From the NCBI GenBank assembly GCA_030141605.1, contig JAQGDQ010000674.1, positions 50,616-114,615 of the forward strand: 64,000 nucleotides of DNA, read 5' to 3'. The translations under genes and the position numbers were made by a program. The DNA is from Tubiluchus corallicola (Eukaryota; Animalia; Priapulida). Below the pieces are notes generated by a model that was not told where the DNA came from, did not search any database, and saw nothing but the letters and a program-made list of their open reading frames with translations. This document shows positions 1-31,236 of this stretch, in pieces; position 1 is the first letter of the stretch, and the number at the start of each line of letters is the position of its first letter.

Positions 1-544
1 TTCAGTGCAGGACGCTCTCACACTCTAACTCCTGTTGTTGATTAATAGCATTATTAACCCAAAGTGTTTTTATCATTTCATAACAATTTTGACCTGTATT
101 TCACATAAAATCTAAATGCAATTTTTAGTTTAATCAAGATTGACCTTATTTTGTTGCCCGCAAATTAAACTACATGTATATTCTTTTCTCTGGATTATAT
201 AGAAAATGTCATAATTTTAAAAATTACTAATGTTTCCTAAATTAAACTGATAACATTAATGCCCACCAGTGTCTAACAAATCATTTTATCTATATTTGGT
301 AAAGGATAGCAGACTAGGTGACTTTATAGTCTTTTCGCTATCCTTTCTCTAGTTCTAGATCTATCTATACATTTTAACCATTCTTCAAAACTTATTAGAG
401 ATTCTCTTATTAATTATGTTTTATTGTAGCATTATAAAGAGATAAATAAATTGAAATTGAATTGAATAGCTAAATGAAATAGAGCTGATTTGTAGCTATT
501 AGGTAAATGTACTGCGTGCATTGTTTACTGATACGCGGAATTAC

Positions 545-612
545 AGTAAACCCTCGTTAAACCGGACTAATTGGGGGGGGGTGTCCGGTTTAGCCGATTG
601 TCCGATTTATCA
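545..612. mobile_element. Truncated left end of the same pogo-like MITE
   Basis: cagtaaaccctcgttaaaccggactaattgggg...gccgattgtccgatttatc. Confidence 0.75.
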
Positions 613-1090
613 TTCTTAGAGCTGCTATAATTCTGGTGCACAATACGTTGTTCTTTAGGAGTGGCAGGTAGAATATTGTCTAAGAAGCGTCCTACTATGA
701 CACCAACAAACATAGGTGTGCTCAGAATGACGCTGATAATATTGTCTAAGAAGCGTCCTACTATGACACCAACAAACATAGGCGTGCTCAGAATGACGCT
801 GATAATATTGTCTAAGAAGCGTCCTACTATGGCACCAACAAACATAGGCGTGCTCAGAATGACGCTGATAATATTGTCTAAGAAGCGTCCTACTATGACA
901 CCAACAAACATAGGCGTGCTCAGAATGACGCTGATAATATTGTCTAAGAAGCGTCCTACTATGGCACCAACAAACATAGGCGTGCTCAGAATGACGCTGA
1001 TAATATTGTCTAAGAAGCGTCCTACTATGGCATCAACAAACATAGGCGTGCTCAGAATGACGCTGATAATATTGTCTATTTCAGGAACAC
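612..1090 (-). pseudogene. Orphan SLC23/NAT (nucleobase-ascorbate transporter) exon with the last TM segment tandemly repeated; probably non-functional
   Basis: Acceptor ctcttcacag at 1091, then GVPEIDNIISVILSTPMFVGAIVGRFLDNILPATPKEQR, resembling the SLC23 motif G.xxDQILxVLLxTxMFVGG...LDNTxPGTxEERG. Cut at about 612 by a MITE end. No other SLC23 exons seen in the window. Confidence 0.7.
673..1078. repeat. 66-bp tandem repeat, about 6 copies
   Basis: Unit gataatattgtctaagaagcgtcctactatgacaccaacaaacataggcgtgctcagaatgacgct. Confidence 0.95.
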
Positions 1091-2445
1091 CTGTGAAGAG
1101 GTCAGTTTCAAGAAAACGTTTCAGATTGATACAACTAATTAAGTACACAAATTAGCACATAAACCAGAATGTATTCTAATTACATTAATCGAATATACTC
1201 TTGAAACCTATTGCCAAGGACATGTGATTACTAGTTGTAAATAAAACAGGCTTGGTCTTCTTTTTGGGATGCATTTGAAAAAAACTCAAATCTCCCTCAT
1301 TTTTTAGTGTAACAAAATCTTAAAGAATAATTTATATATTTCAGCCAGACCATCAGCGTTAGGTTCTGATATGATGTTTCGCTTTCTGTGTAGTCAGGTA
1401 ACATTATAGGTGAAACAATTAGCTAAGACTTTTCAAAACAGTTTGTAAAAAAATTGCGCCCCCTGCAAAATCGGACAAATAATTTTTTTTTGCAGTGAAA
1501 ATTGCAGTTCGCATGTAATCATTTTCAATATGAATTAGAATTAGGTAAAAAAATGTTTGGTAGCTTCAGCGTATTATTTTCTTAAAACTTGTGTGTGATA
1601 AATTTCTGTAAATAACAATTTAGTTAGAGGCACATTAATAACATTAGGTTAACTGAGAGTTAATTTTCTCATTATTGCTCTGTCCGCTACGCCGTCCTAC
1701 ACACATGCTAATTATAGGCCTGCATGCAGTATAAAAGGCGTTAAAAATTGGCTTAACCATTATTTAACCACTTCGGATACCTCCCCCCTCCTAGAAATTT
1801 TTTGCGCCCCCCCCCCCCTGCTTGCCACATCTAGTTCCGGCCCTGCACGTGAGGGTAGTACTGTTTCCTTTACCAGCACAGCGCGCTCACAGCTCAAGCC
1901 ACGTGGTAATTACAACATTAAAATTACACGTGTTTGTTTTATTTACACAGTGTTAAAACAATGGCTAAACATTTTCTGAAACAGCACAACCAGTAATTTC
2001 CACTACGAGCCGCCACTCACTGTCCCTAAGCTTAATGTTAAATGACCGTGTGTCTATTAGAAAGTTCCAAGCAGTAAACGTAGGCTATGTATTAGTACTA
2101 AAGCTAAACTGAACTTAACCCGTAGACACGTGGTTGTTTTAGTTCCACATCTGAATAATGCAAGGGCCATTATAGTTACCTTTCCAAGCATACTTTTAAC
2201 TGATGCGGGAACATGGCAAAAGATTAGTTACTTGAAATTGCTCTGTGCTGCCACCTTTGTTTGGCAAACAAGTGTTAATTTAAAATTAAAATTGACAAGA
2301 ATGCTAAAATTTAAAATACCCCTTAGATTTATACTAATTAATACAATTTGAAGAGTTAACAGAAACACCAACTTTCTTACCTATGATAATAATAATTATT
2401 ATTATCTTTATTTAAACTCGACTTTTAGATAACATGTTAACTTAA

Positions 2446-2898
2446 CCCTTTCAGTCCCAAATTATTTTCTTAATAAGGAAAATTTTTTGGCTTGGTACTT
2501 TTGTTCAGTATTTCCATCTTGTTTACACATAATTATTTTTTTCTACCTGTGCCCGTGTGCTAAATATAGCCTGTATCCCACGGGATACATTGGGATTCAA
2601 TGGAAGCATAAAATGTGCTTCATTTTGCAACTGCTGGTAATTTTTTAAAGTATTTAAGACATTTAGCATGCATGCTATGCTGATCTGTACAAAGTCGTCT
2701 CTAAAGTACTGTACCTTGCACAGTTTTTTATACTATGTAGATTTTCTAGTTTGCCATTTTATCACCATTTTTAGTTTGTTGTTATTGGCTTAAATCAAAA
2801 GAACTATTAACAGATCAAATAACTGTCAGTTTTAAAATTTTATTATAAACGCAGAAAATATTCTCGTATCCTACGGATTAACAACGGGTATGAAAGGG
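2446..2898. mobile_element. piggyBac-like MITE
   Basis: TTAA-CCCTTTCA...TGAAAGGG-TTAA; near-identical copy at 9300-9737. Confidence 0.85.
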
Positions 2899-2959
2899 TT
2901 AAGCTGAAGGAGCTTTTAGTCTGACTGTAAAACTACAACTACATAACAGAGACTGTTAT

Positions 2960-3100
2960 TACCCTGCTGTTACCCTAAATACCACACGCCAGGCCGGGCA
3001 ACAACAAGTACCATTTTTAAAGTCTTTGGTGTGACCCGGCTACAGCATAGAAATCACAACCTCCCAGACAGAAAGCAGACACGTTACCACTAAACTATAC
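2960..3100 (-). mobile_element. Degenerate tRNA-derived SINE sharing the same central domain
   Basis: Reverse complement: TAGTTTAGTGGTAACGTGTCTGC...GGGTCACACCAAAGACTTTAAAAATGGTACTTGTTGTTGCCCGGCCTGGCG. Confidence 0.65.
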
Positions 3101-3873
3101 CAACTTGTCTAGACTATACTGTCTGGTCACCCTCCCATCTGCCCAATCTCCCTTGCTTTTATCGACCTATGCTACATTAATTATTACTACTATTAATTAT
3201 GCTACGTTTAGAATTCTCAACACTTTTGTACCTGTCAGTATAATTAATTATGACTTTAAAGGTTAAGTTGCGCACGCACACACCTGTCTGCAGCACATGT
3301 TGTGATCCATTTGACCATTTTATTGTTTTTTACAGTTTTCAGTCAGTTTTGTAGCTAAAAAGATTACTTTTTTGGCTAATTTTCTCCAGTAGGCCTAATC
3401 ATTCGGTATTTATTGTACTTCCTATATGACAAGGTGTACTAAGTGCACTTAGAATGCTTCTCATTCTTAACCTGTTGAACTTGTAAGTGGCTCTCAGGCA
3501 TCACTGTATACCCTCTGCCGTTGACCCTGTCTACCTGTATTACCTGATCCGCTTCACTGGTACAGACGTATGTTCATCGAGCCGTCCCATCTTCACCTGG
3601 TGTGCTTACGTTGCTACTGTGAAGTAGTATTCTTGTGTAAGTAATTGTTAGCTAATCAGTTACATTGACACACGAGAATATAGTGATTATTTACTTGAAC
3701 ATATAGATACAGGAGTGCTAAATATTGATTCACCGATTTCGTGACTTTTACTATCTTATTCGACTGATTGTGTGTCAATTATTGTTTCTTAATCAAAATA
3801 CACTTTATTTGGAATAGATCAGGTAAGCCATCAGAATGAATCATCTTTATTTGGATGCCAGAGGTTTTAACTA

Positions 3874-4645
3874 TAGGTGTGAGCATGGAACGTTCAAGTT
3901 TGAACGACCTTTTTTACTTCAAATTCGATTCAAAACTAAAATTATGTGTTCAAATAATGCAGCATTTTAACAACGTACAGTCAACCCTCGTTAAACCGGA
4001 CTAGTGGGGGGGGGGGGGGTTGTCCGGTTTAGCCCATTATCCGATATGCCTATATATTATATTATGTATTTTATTTAGTTTATACGTATGTTTTGTATGG
4101 ACTTGCAGTCAACCCTCGTTAAACCGGACTAATGGGAGGGGGGTCCGGTTTAGCCGATTGTCCGATTTATCCGATATGCCTATATATGGTCTATATTATA
4201 CAGGAATAATCACCTTAATAAGGCCTATATGCTGTACACTATATAGTATACTGTATATTACTTTAAAATAGTTAACCTGTGAGGATAAAGAAATTATTGT
4301 ACAGTTGGTAGGCCGTGTTGTGTTTAGCGCTCCGGCTCGGACGGAAATCGGTCAGTTTCCTTTACCACGGATGACGTCCGTCTTATCCGATATCCGGGCT
4401 AACGGGGTCCGGTTTAACGAGGGTCGACTGTACGTTCTACATCATTAAAACATCTGAAACATCATGTAATCAGCACAATTTTGTTGCGATTTCTGTGCAG
4501 TTTTTAAACAAATTACTATTGTTCTTAAAAATGCAGAATGCAATAAAGTGTTTAAAACTGAATTCAAAAGCTCTGAAATTCGGCTTGGTATAAGTTCGGA
4601 AGTCACAAATTCAAATCTTTTTCTGGTAAAGAATGCTCACCCCTA
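3874..4645. mobile_element. hAT-like MITE (TAGGGGTGAGCAT TIR family) carrying a nested pogo-like MITE
   Basis: taggtgtgagcat...atgctcaccccta; homologous to 30883-31236, 45487-45899 and 59365-59752. Confidence 0.75.
3978..4430. mobile_element. Tc1/mariner (pogo/Tigger-like) MITE
   Basis: TA-CAGTCAACCCTCGTTAAACCGGAC...GTCCGGTTTAACGAGGGTCGACTG-TA; left end duplicated internally at about 4106; other copies at 52187-52514 and 545-612 (truncated). Confidence 0.85.
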
Positions 4646-4754
4646 CTAGCTGTTCGTTTCCATTCTGAACCTATATTTTACACCCACAACACGTTATACA
4701 GCTGTATAAGTACGTGTAAGGGTGCATAAGTGTTCATTGCTTACAGTGGTCGTA

Positions 4755-5450
4755 ATCGTTTTTTATGGCTATAAGAATTTTACTAGCAAACCACGGAGCT
4801 AAGGTCATATGGCTATGTTAATCAACACCAACTGAAAACAGTTGAAAATGGCAAAAAACTAAACCACAAATTCGTAATTTTTAGAAATAACTTGCCCAAT
4901 TTTGCCATAACTTTGTCTTATGCAGCTTTCTTATCAAAAACTGTTGAAATATTGGCACCATGTATCAATGTTGAAGCTTTCTAGTAATCATTATTTGCTA
5001 CACATAAAATGCTTTGCACTATCTTAAACACTTGTTTAGTTTTACGTGTGTGTAAGTGTTCAAATATCGAAATTTTATTATGATGGTAATAAGATCATGC
5101 TATTTGATTTAAAATAATTACAATGCAGATAAATACGTGTATGTAGATATAATGTTGATAGATGTACACTTTATTATTACACGATGCACAAGTAGATGCT
5201 ATTTGTACTAAACTTTATAAATTTAAAGCAAAATTAAACAAGTACTTAGATAATGCAAAGCTATTTATGTGTAGCAAATACTGCTTACTAGAAAGCTGCA
5301 ATTTTCATACACGGCACCGATTTTTCAGCAAATTTATGGTTCAGTTTTGCCATTTTTAAGTGTTTTTAATTTGTGTTGATTATTTCCATTAACATAGCTA
5401 TGTGACCTTAGATCCATGGTTGCTAGTAAGTCTTATCGCCATAAAAAGAA
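4755..5450. mobile_element. Element with long imperfect terminal inverted repeats (unclassified MITE)
   Basis: tttatggctataaga...gctaaggtcatatggctatgttaat (about 4762-4822) mirrors attaacatagctatgtgacctta...cttatcgccataaaa (about 5388-5446); internal 5065-5210 recurs at 5744-5890. Confidence 0.55.
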
Positions 5451-6154
5451 CTTTTATAACCTTTATTAGCAATTCAGAAACTTCGAGGGCCATGCTTGTC
5501 ATGTTAGATTGTTTGGCAGAACTTTATCGGGTGGACAATTTTGTTTCAGTAAAATCATTAGCCCTTCTGAAATGAAAACAGACGATGCTGTGTTCACTGA
5601 ACATTGCACAGGAATAGTTCTGGGCAAGACGTGGATACTATTGACTTTTTATTGCAAAATGTCAAAGGTCAAAGTCACAAGGTTAAAAATGTCAAATAAA
5701 TTCTTGTCCACAATAGCTTTGCCAGTGTGCCTTTGAAATACTAATATTGAAATTTTATTATGATGGTAATAAGATCATTCTATTTGATTTAAAATAATTG
5801 CAATGCAGATAAATACGTGTATGTAGATATAATGTTGATAGATGTACACTTTATTATTACACGATTCACAAGTACGTGCTATTTGTACTAACATTTATAA
5901 TCAAAATTTGCTGATCTTTTTATTTACCGTGGGCACAGACTATGAGACTGTAGAAAATAACTTACCGGGAGGTACTTTGGCAGTTTGTCATTGTCAGGCA
6001 TACATTTGCATATTTGAACAAGAAATATGGCAATATTTCTGTACTGCTTTTTATTCTTCATTGATAATGCATCAAAATCAAGTGTAGATGAGGGCTGAGG
6101 CAGTTAAGCTTTCTAATTAAGCGTTTAAACGCTGTTAACTGCGGTCGGTTACCC

Positions 6155-6276
6155 GATGTGACGTCATACATATATATCGAATTCAGTTGATGAACTAATA
6201 CGAACAAATTGCCTAACTCTAACCCTGGTTTACATAGCATTATACAGTTCAGAGATATAAACTTTAGATTTACGAA
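6155..6276 (+). promoter_or_regulatory. Possible UGDH promoter and first non-coding exon
   Basis: TGACGTCA (CRE palindrome) at about 6159, Inr-like TCAGTT at 6183, donor gtaagt at 6277 that could splice to the acceptor at 6805. Confidence 0.3.
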
Positions 6277-6435
6277 GTAAGTACATAAGATCTACTAAAA
6301 TCAATGTTGTGTTGTTCTTCCGGTATCTACACCCAATAAAACTTACGACTTTATTTTTTTCAAATCATTTTTTTATCAATTTCTTTTGTACAGTATCAGT
6401 ATTACTATCCCTACTTCTCTGTGCCTAAACTCAAT

Positions 6436-6680
6436 CATAACAAAGTTATCTGTGAGTATTTTCTGTGATCTGTCAAAAGCTTTTGACCTGTTGATCATAA
6501 AATTTTAATTAACAAATTATACCACTATGGAATAAGAGGTGTTGCAAATAATTGGTTTGTAAGTTACCTATCTGGCAGGTTACAAGCAGTAAAGTATAAC
6601 GCAAAATTAATATCTTGTTGTGTTCCACAAGGGTCGATACTTGGCCCACTCTTGTTCCTATGTACATTAATGATATAAAA
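6436..6680 (+). mobile_element. Degenerate CR1/L2-group LINE reverse transcriptase fragment
   Basis: IFCDLSKAFD..DHKILINKLYHYGIRGVANNWFVSYL...VPQGSILGPLLF, with frameshifts. Confidence 0.85.
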
Positions 6681-6841
6681 CATTAGGGTTAGAGTTACGA
6701 GCAATAACCCCCTCCGCCATGTTTACTCTCACATTGTGGAATCGTCACGATATTGTCTACGGATACTGACTTGATGCGTTTTAATTCATGTTTTGATTTT
6801 CCAGGTTGGTAGAGAATCTCCACGGTGTGCTGGTACAAATT

Positions 6842-25904
<19,063 letters not shown>

Positions 25905-25965
25905 CTTATTTTTCTAGGACCTGTTATCCTTTCGTTGTTGACATTTGAGCTCAAATGCTACACCG

Positions 25966-26232
25966 TAGACAATGAGCAACTACCATGGCAACATTGTAAA
26001 CAATGAACAACTACCATGGCAACATTGTAAACAATGAACAACTACCATGGCAGCATTGTAAACAATGAACAACTACCATGGCAACATTGTAAACAATGAG
26101 CAACTACCATGGTAACATTGTAAACAATGAGCAACTACCATGGCAACATTGTAAACAATGAACAACTACCATTGCAACATTTTAAACAATGAACAACTAC
26201 CATGGCAACATTGTAAACAATGAACAACTACC
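25966..26232. repeat. 31-bp minisatellite, about 8.5 copies, in the UGDH 3' UTR region
   Basis: Unit aaacaatgaRcaactaccatggcaacattgt. Confidence 0.95.
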
Positions 26233-29200
26233 GTTAACAGCTGTACTTTATTTCTTCTTCTAATTAATTTGCACGTACTTAAGGTGAGACGTCTGCCTTA
26301 TTGACTTGTTTTAAGTTGCTTTTTGTCAATGTAGGAACAGCCGTTCTTCTTTGAGGATTTCATCTAGCATGAAAGCTTGAAAAGCGAGTAAATACCATTC
26401 CGTCTCTCGGGTGCTTGTTCTGCCATCTCTGAATGACCAAGGAAAGTAAATCGTGTGTTGAATTCATGTTTGAAGTGTTTGTTATGACACCTATGCACAG
26501 TTTGTAAATAAAAAGACAAGAAAGACAATTTAAACATGTCTGTTTGTTTTTAGACTGTTTCGTGTCTACATGACTTCATTAGATTAACATCTGTTTTTTC
26601 CGTTTACGTCAAAACGCTAGTTTACTTTGAATCGCTGTGCTTTGATTTTTGTCTTTGTTAAACGTTGTCGGCACTTCTTTAGCTCTAGTTTCTTTATCAT
26701 TTATTAGTTGTTGCTTTTTGATTCGCTGAGTGATTCTGTGCAGCCAGTTTTGGGAGAATTTCGTTTACCGGTTTTCAACTACAAGTTTCAGTAGCTCTCA
26801 CCTAGTGAAATTACAAAACAAATTCACACGAACAGCAGGTTCTATGATGGTAGAAGTTTCTATACACCTCAGTTGATTTTTTGTTTCTGTTGCTGACCGT
26901 AACAATTGTGCCTTTGATATGATCTTGTTGATTCCATGTTGTGCCAATACTTGTTGTTTGTGCAGCTTCATGTTTTGGTGTCGGGAGAATTTTCGTGGTT
27001 GTGCTTTTCGTATATGGGAAATCTTTGTTTTGTTGTAATAATTGGAAAAAATTGTTACTGTTTCTTAGTATTCGTAAGTTCATTTGTTTCCAGACGATAT
27101 AAATATAAGGATTATTTTCTTACTCTGAATTCTTTATTATTTTTTCACTTTGCTTTCCAGTTTTATTTCCTGCTTTCAAAAATTTCCTTCCCTCCATCAT
27201 TCCTCAAATCCACAAACTTTCGAAAGTGGCTCTTTTTTGGGCACGACTCTTTCCTCTTTTCCTCTGTTTCACAACCACCTCCTTTAGCAAGCATTTTAAC
27301 TCCAATTTCAAATTTTCGAATAAACAGCTGCTTCCAGTAACGATAAGTTGCACAAAACGAGGGATGGAAGTCTAAATTATTCGTAGGTGGCGTTCGCTGT
27401 AAATTAAAAAAGTTCTTATATCTTGCAAAATGCTACAAGTGCAAGCACATTGATATTGAGTGCTTTTGTACTCTAGGGTTTTTAGTTGATTTGAGAAAAA
27501 AATTCTACATATTCTAGACTGTCTCACCATCAAAATGAGGCATGAAAGTGGGGAATCTGTTGCACATCTCACCTGCACCGGACTAGAGACAGGTGTTCAT
27601 ACTGACACTGACTACATCCTGACCAAGGCTGCTCGTATTCGAGAAACAGAGTTAAAAATACCTTTCCTGCTTTTATTGTAATATAAGTATTTTATCTCAA
27701 TGTCACAATGGCTTCGAGTGCCAAGATCCCACCGACTTCCGACAGAGCCTGGACAGAAAACTCTCCCGCTTGTCCCAATTTACCTTTGGCATGGTAAAGT
27801 TGGGTTTTCAGCTTTTCATGATGGTAGAAAATAAGTTTTTTTCTTACGTGTATATACCGAAATGACAGCTGTCTAATTCTGAGCATTTTCTAGCAGCTGA
27901 GCTTGCAGTAGTTTGTCTGGTGGATATCGTTGTATTCATAGATACAGAAATTGCGTATAGTATGTAGCATGTACTGTTACGTTTTTTGTTGGGGTACTTG
28001 GTACACGTGTGACTCTTCATGCAACTGCAAATTGTGCAATTACAAGTTTCACTATTGTGCCTGATTAACTTGCTGGCCACTGAGAAATTTCACTTTTTAC
28101 ACAAGATTTGTTAATTTTGTTACAATGAGTATTTGCAGATAAAAACAGCCAACGGATCTATTAAGAGGGGTTCCTACGCTTTGTAATGATCACATTTTTG
28201 TGCCAAGATCGTTTTTGGGTTTTGTGTGTCTTCGGTAAATTTGTTAAGTGTTTTATGCTGTTTTGTTCAGTAAATGAAGCGTTTTTCATGGGGTACCAGC
28301 GGTTAGTTGGAACAATAGGTTGCCATGGTGTTTGTGACATGCAGCTGCTATGTTCATTGTCCTGCTGTAGCTTATAACATCACACTGCCAGAATGGGCAT
28401 TGCTAAAGTTGGCATTGCTATGGTGACTGAGCAATTTTTGTCTGCCATCTAGTGGCGAGTTGAAAAAACAATGCAAGTATGTAATTGCACTACTTGCAGT
28501 CATATAGTACGTAGTATATACTGTTACGTTTTTGTTGCGGTACTTGGTACACTTATGACTATAATAAATGAACTGTTTGTACATAAGACATTTTTGCACT
28601 AGCTACTTTTTGTGTGCTTAAAAATGTGCTCTTTCATAATGTAATGCCATTTGCTTTTGCTATTCTTAGTATAAGTTACCATAAGACTGCAGTAATACAT
28701 TGATGTGAATGTTTACAAAACTGCAAGAGTTGAGATTGTAAACAAAGTTAGTGTACATTATCGTGTTATTTATATGTAAAAAACTAAGGAAACCATTACC
28801 GTTCTCGAGAAAAAATGTTATTATGAATTTATAGGCGTTAGCCTCTTGATATTCGTAATCAGATCTGTGGTATGCTTATGAATACTTTTTGCAAATGCAC
28901 AGTTGTTGTATAATGTGTAAAGGTGAGTGTACACTGTACACACCATGGTGTTATACATGTGAACAGTTGTGATTTAATTTTTTGCTGTGCAAACACTTAA
29001 GAACAAACATGTAAACCTTGATGTTGCTATGATTATTGTTTATGTGAAAGCTAGCTGAAACAGTGTCCTTTTTGTTAACTTTAACGATTTTATCTCACGT
29101 GCGAGTGCGTGCTCGACGTGAACATTACTTTGTCTGCCATGTAAAGTTCTTACATGGATTTTTATGGTATGTATAGTTATAATAAATGATGTGGTCCAAC

Positions 29201-29361
29201 TTTGTTACACATTTGTAATACACATTGCTGCACACTTGTGATAACATTAGTGCGAAAATAAATTCCTTGGTGCATTTTTTTATGTATATGAAATTGATAA
29301 ATTTAAATCTTTGTGATTATGCAAAACTGCAGTGCTTGTTGTGCTTCTATTGCTTATGGAT

Positions 29362-29366
<5 letters not shown>

Positions 29367-29434
<68 letters not shown>

Positions 29435-29439
29435 TGCTT

Positions 29440-29508
<69 letters not shown>

Positions 29509-30322
29509 CTCTCTCTTTTTTCTGACCTCCCTCAGCTCCCTCTCACTCTCTTTCCTATTCTCTCACTCTTTCTCTTTTTCTTATCTCCCTCAGCTCTATC
29601 TCACTATTTTTCCTCTTCTCTCTTGCTCTTTCTCTTTCTGATCTCTCTCAGCTCCCTCTCACACTCTTTCCTTTTCTCTCTTGCTCTTTCTCTTTTTCTG
29701 ATCTTCCTGAGCTCTTTGTCACTCTATCTTTCCTTTTCTCTCTTGCTGCTTTTCTTTTTCCTTGGCTGTTTCCCTTTTTTCTGACCTCAGCTTCTTTCTC
29801 TCTTTGACTGTTTCTTGTTCAGCATTATCCTTTTGTTTCTCAAATTGTCTCAGTCTCTCCCTCTTTTTTATCTTTCTCATACCCCACCCTCTCTCTCTCT
29901 CTACGAATTTCCCTCCATCTCCTCCTTTTAACCCCCATCCTTTCTGTTTCTCCTTTCGATTTCTGTGAGCAAGTGTTATTGTCTTTTAATGCTTTTTCTC
30001 TGTTTCTCTTTTCCAGATCTCCACATATTTTATCATGTTTATCTATTCTGTCTTTTTCCTTCTATTTTCTTTCTTCCTTCCATTATCTCTTACATTTTCT
30101 CCTTCCTCCTCTCTCTTCCTTCCTTTTTCCCTTTCCTTCAATTTCTCTCCCTCTGCCTCCCCTTTGCGTTCTCTCTCTCTCTCTTCCTCCCTCCTCTTCC
30201 TTCCATTCTTTCTCCCTTTCCTTCAATTTCTCTCCCTCTGCCTCCCCTTTGCTTTCTCTCTCGCTGTGTTTCTCTTTCTCCCCCCTCCCTCTGTCCCCTC
30301 TATCTTTCTCCCTTCACCTCTC
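29367..30322. repeat. (TC)n microsatellite and about 1-kb polypyrimidine low-complexity tract
   Basis: Direct reading. Confidence 0.95.
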
Positions 30323-30882
30323 TGGTTTATGCACGTCAAGAACCAGAATTAGATCACGGTTCTTTTGCGGAATGTCCAAATAGAATCCACTGACGCAGAA
30401 ACACTTGATTCATTCTGCACAAACATGATCAAAAAATACGTTCAGCTACAAATGAGAAACGTATGCGCTAAACAAGCAACAAAATCGACTTCATCATAAC
30501 AAGGCTGAGTTTACTTAAACTGTGAAATTAACGAGAAAAACGGCTACACGAATCGGTTAATGGGATAAATACGGACAAAAGAGCTGAAAATCGTCTGGCT
30601 GGTATTACGCGGGAAAGGTTCATAGCGCATGCGCTGCCGTCACGTGATCAGTCACTTTTGTTTTGCCCAGAGATATGTAAAAGATAATGGGTAAAAAGTA
30701 TGCGAATTATCTGTTCATGTCTTTGGTTTTACATCATCAAGAAATTACTCGGGTGGCAAAGTTGTCATAAAATAAATTAAAAATGCTACATTATCATCAT
30801 TATGTGACCATTACGCCTATTGTAGACATTGGCAGGCAGACTTCGAAACTAAATGAAAACTGCCCTCAAGACAGGTAAACAC

Positions 30883-31236
30883 TAGGGGTGAGCATCGAAC
30901 GTTCGAATTCGCTTCTAATCCAAAACTATAGATTCGAATAATTCAGCACTTCAATCACACATGTTCTTTATCACTAAAACGATTGAAACATCATGCAATT
31001 AGCATAATTTAGCTGTGATTTCTGCACACAATTGGAAAGAAATTACTAGTCGTTTTATTGCAGAACAAAATCTAGTGATACACATGATCTTTGTAAGACT
31101 AATTTTTGCTGGTGGTTCGAAAATTTTTCGATCTCAATTCGAATTCGAAACACTGAAGTTCGGTTCGATTCGAATTCGGAAGTCACAAATTCGGTTCGAT
31201 TCGAATTTGCTTTCTGGTAGAGAATGCTCACCCCTA
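30883..31236. mobile_element. hAT-like MITE with perfect 8-bp TSD gtaaacac
   Basis: TAGGGGTGAGCAT...ATGCTCACCCCTA; internal ttcgaa repeats; inserted into an older retroposon. Confidence 0.88.

Noticed and set aside
26300-29300. Possible extra gene between UGDH and Mhc
   Set aside because: No recognisable protein motif or consistent exon chain; T-rich sequence fits a long UGDH 3' UTR or intergenic DNA.
29225-30393. Ser/Leu/Phe-rich ORFs
   Set aside because: Translation of (TC)n low-complexity DNA.
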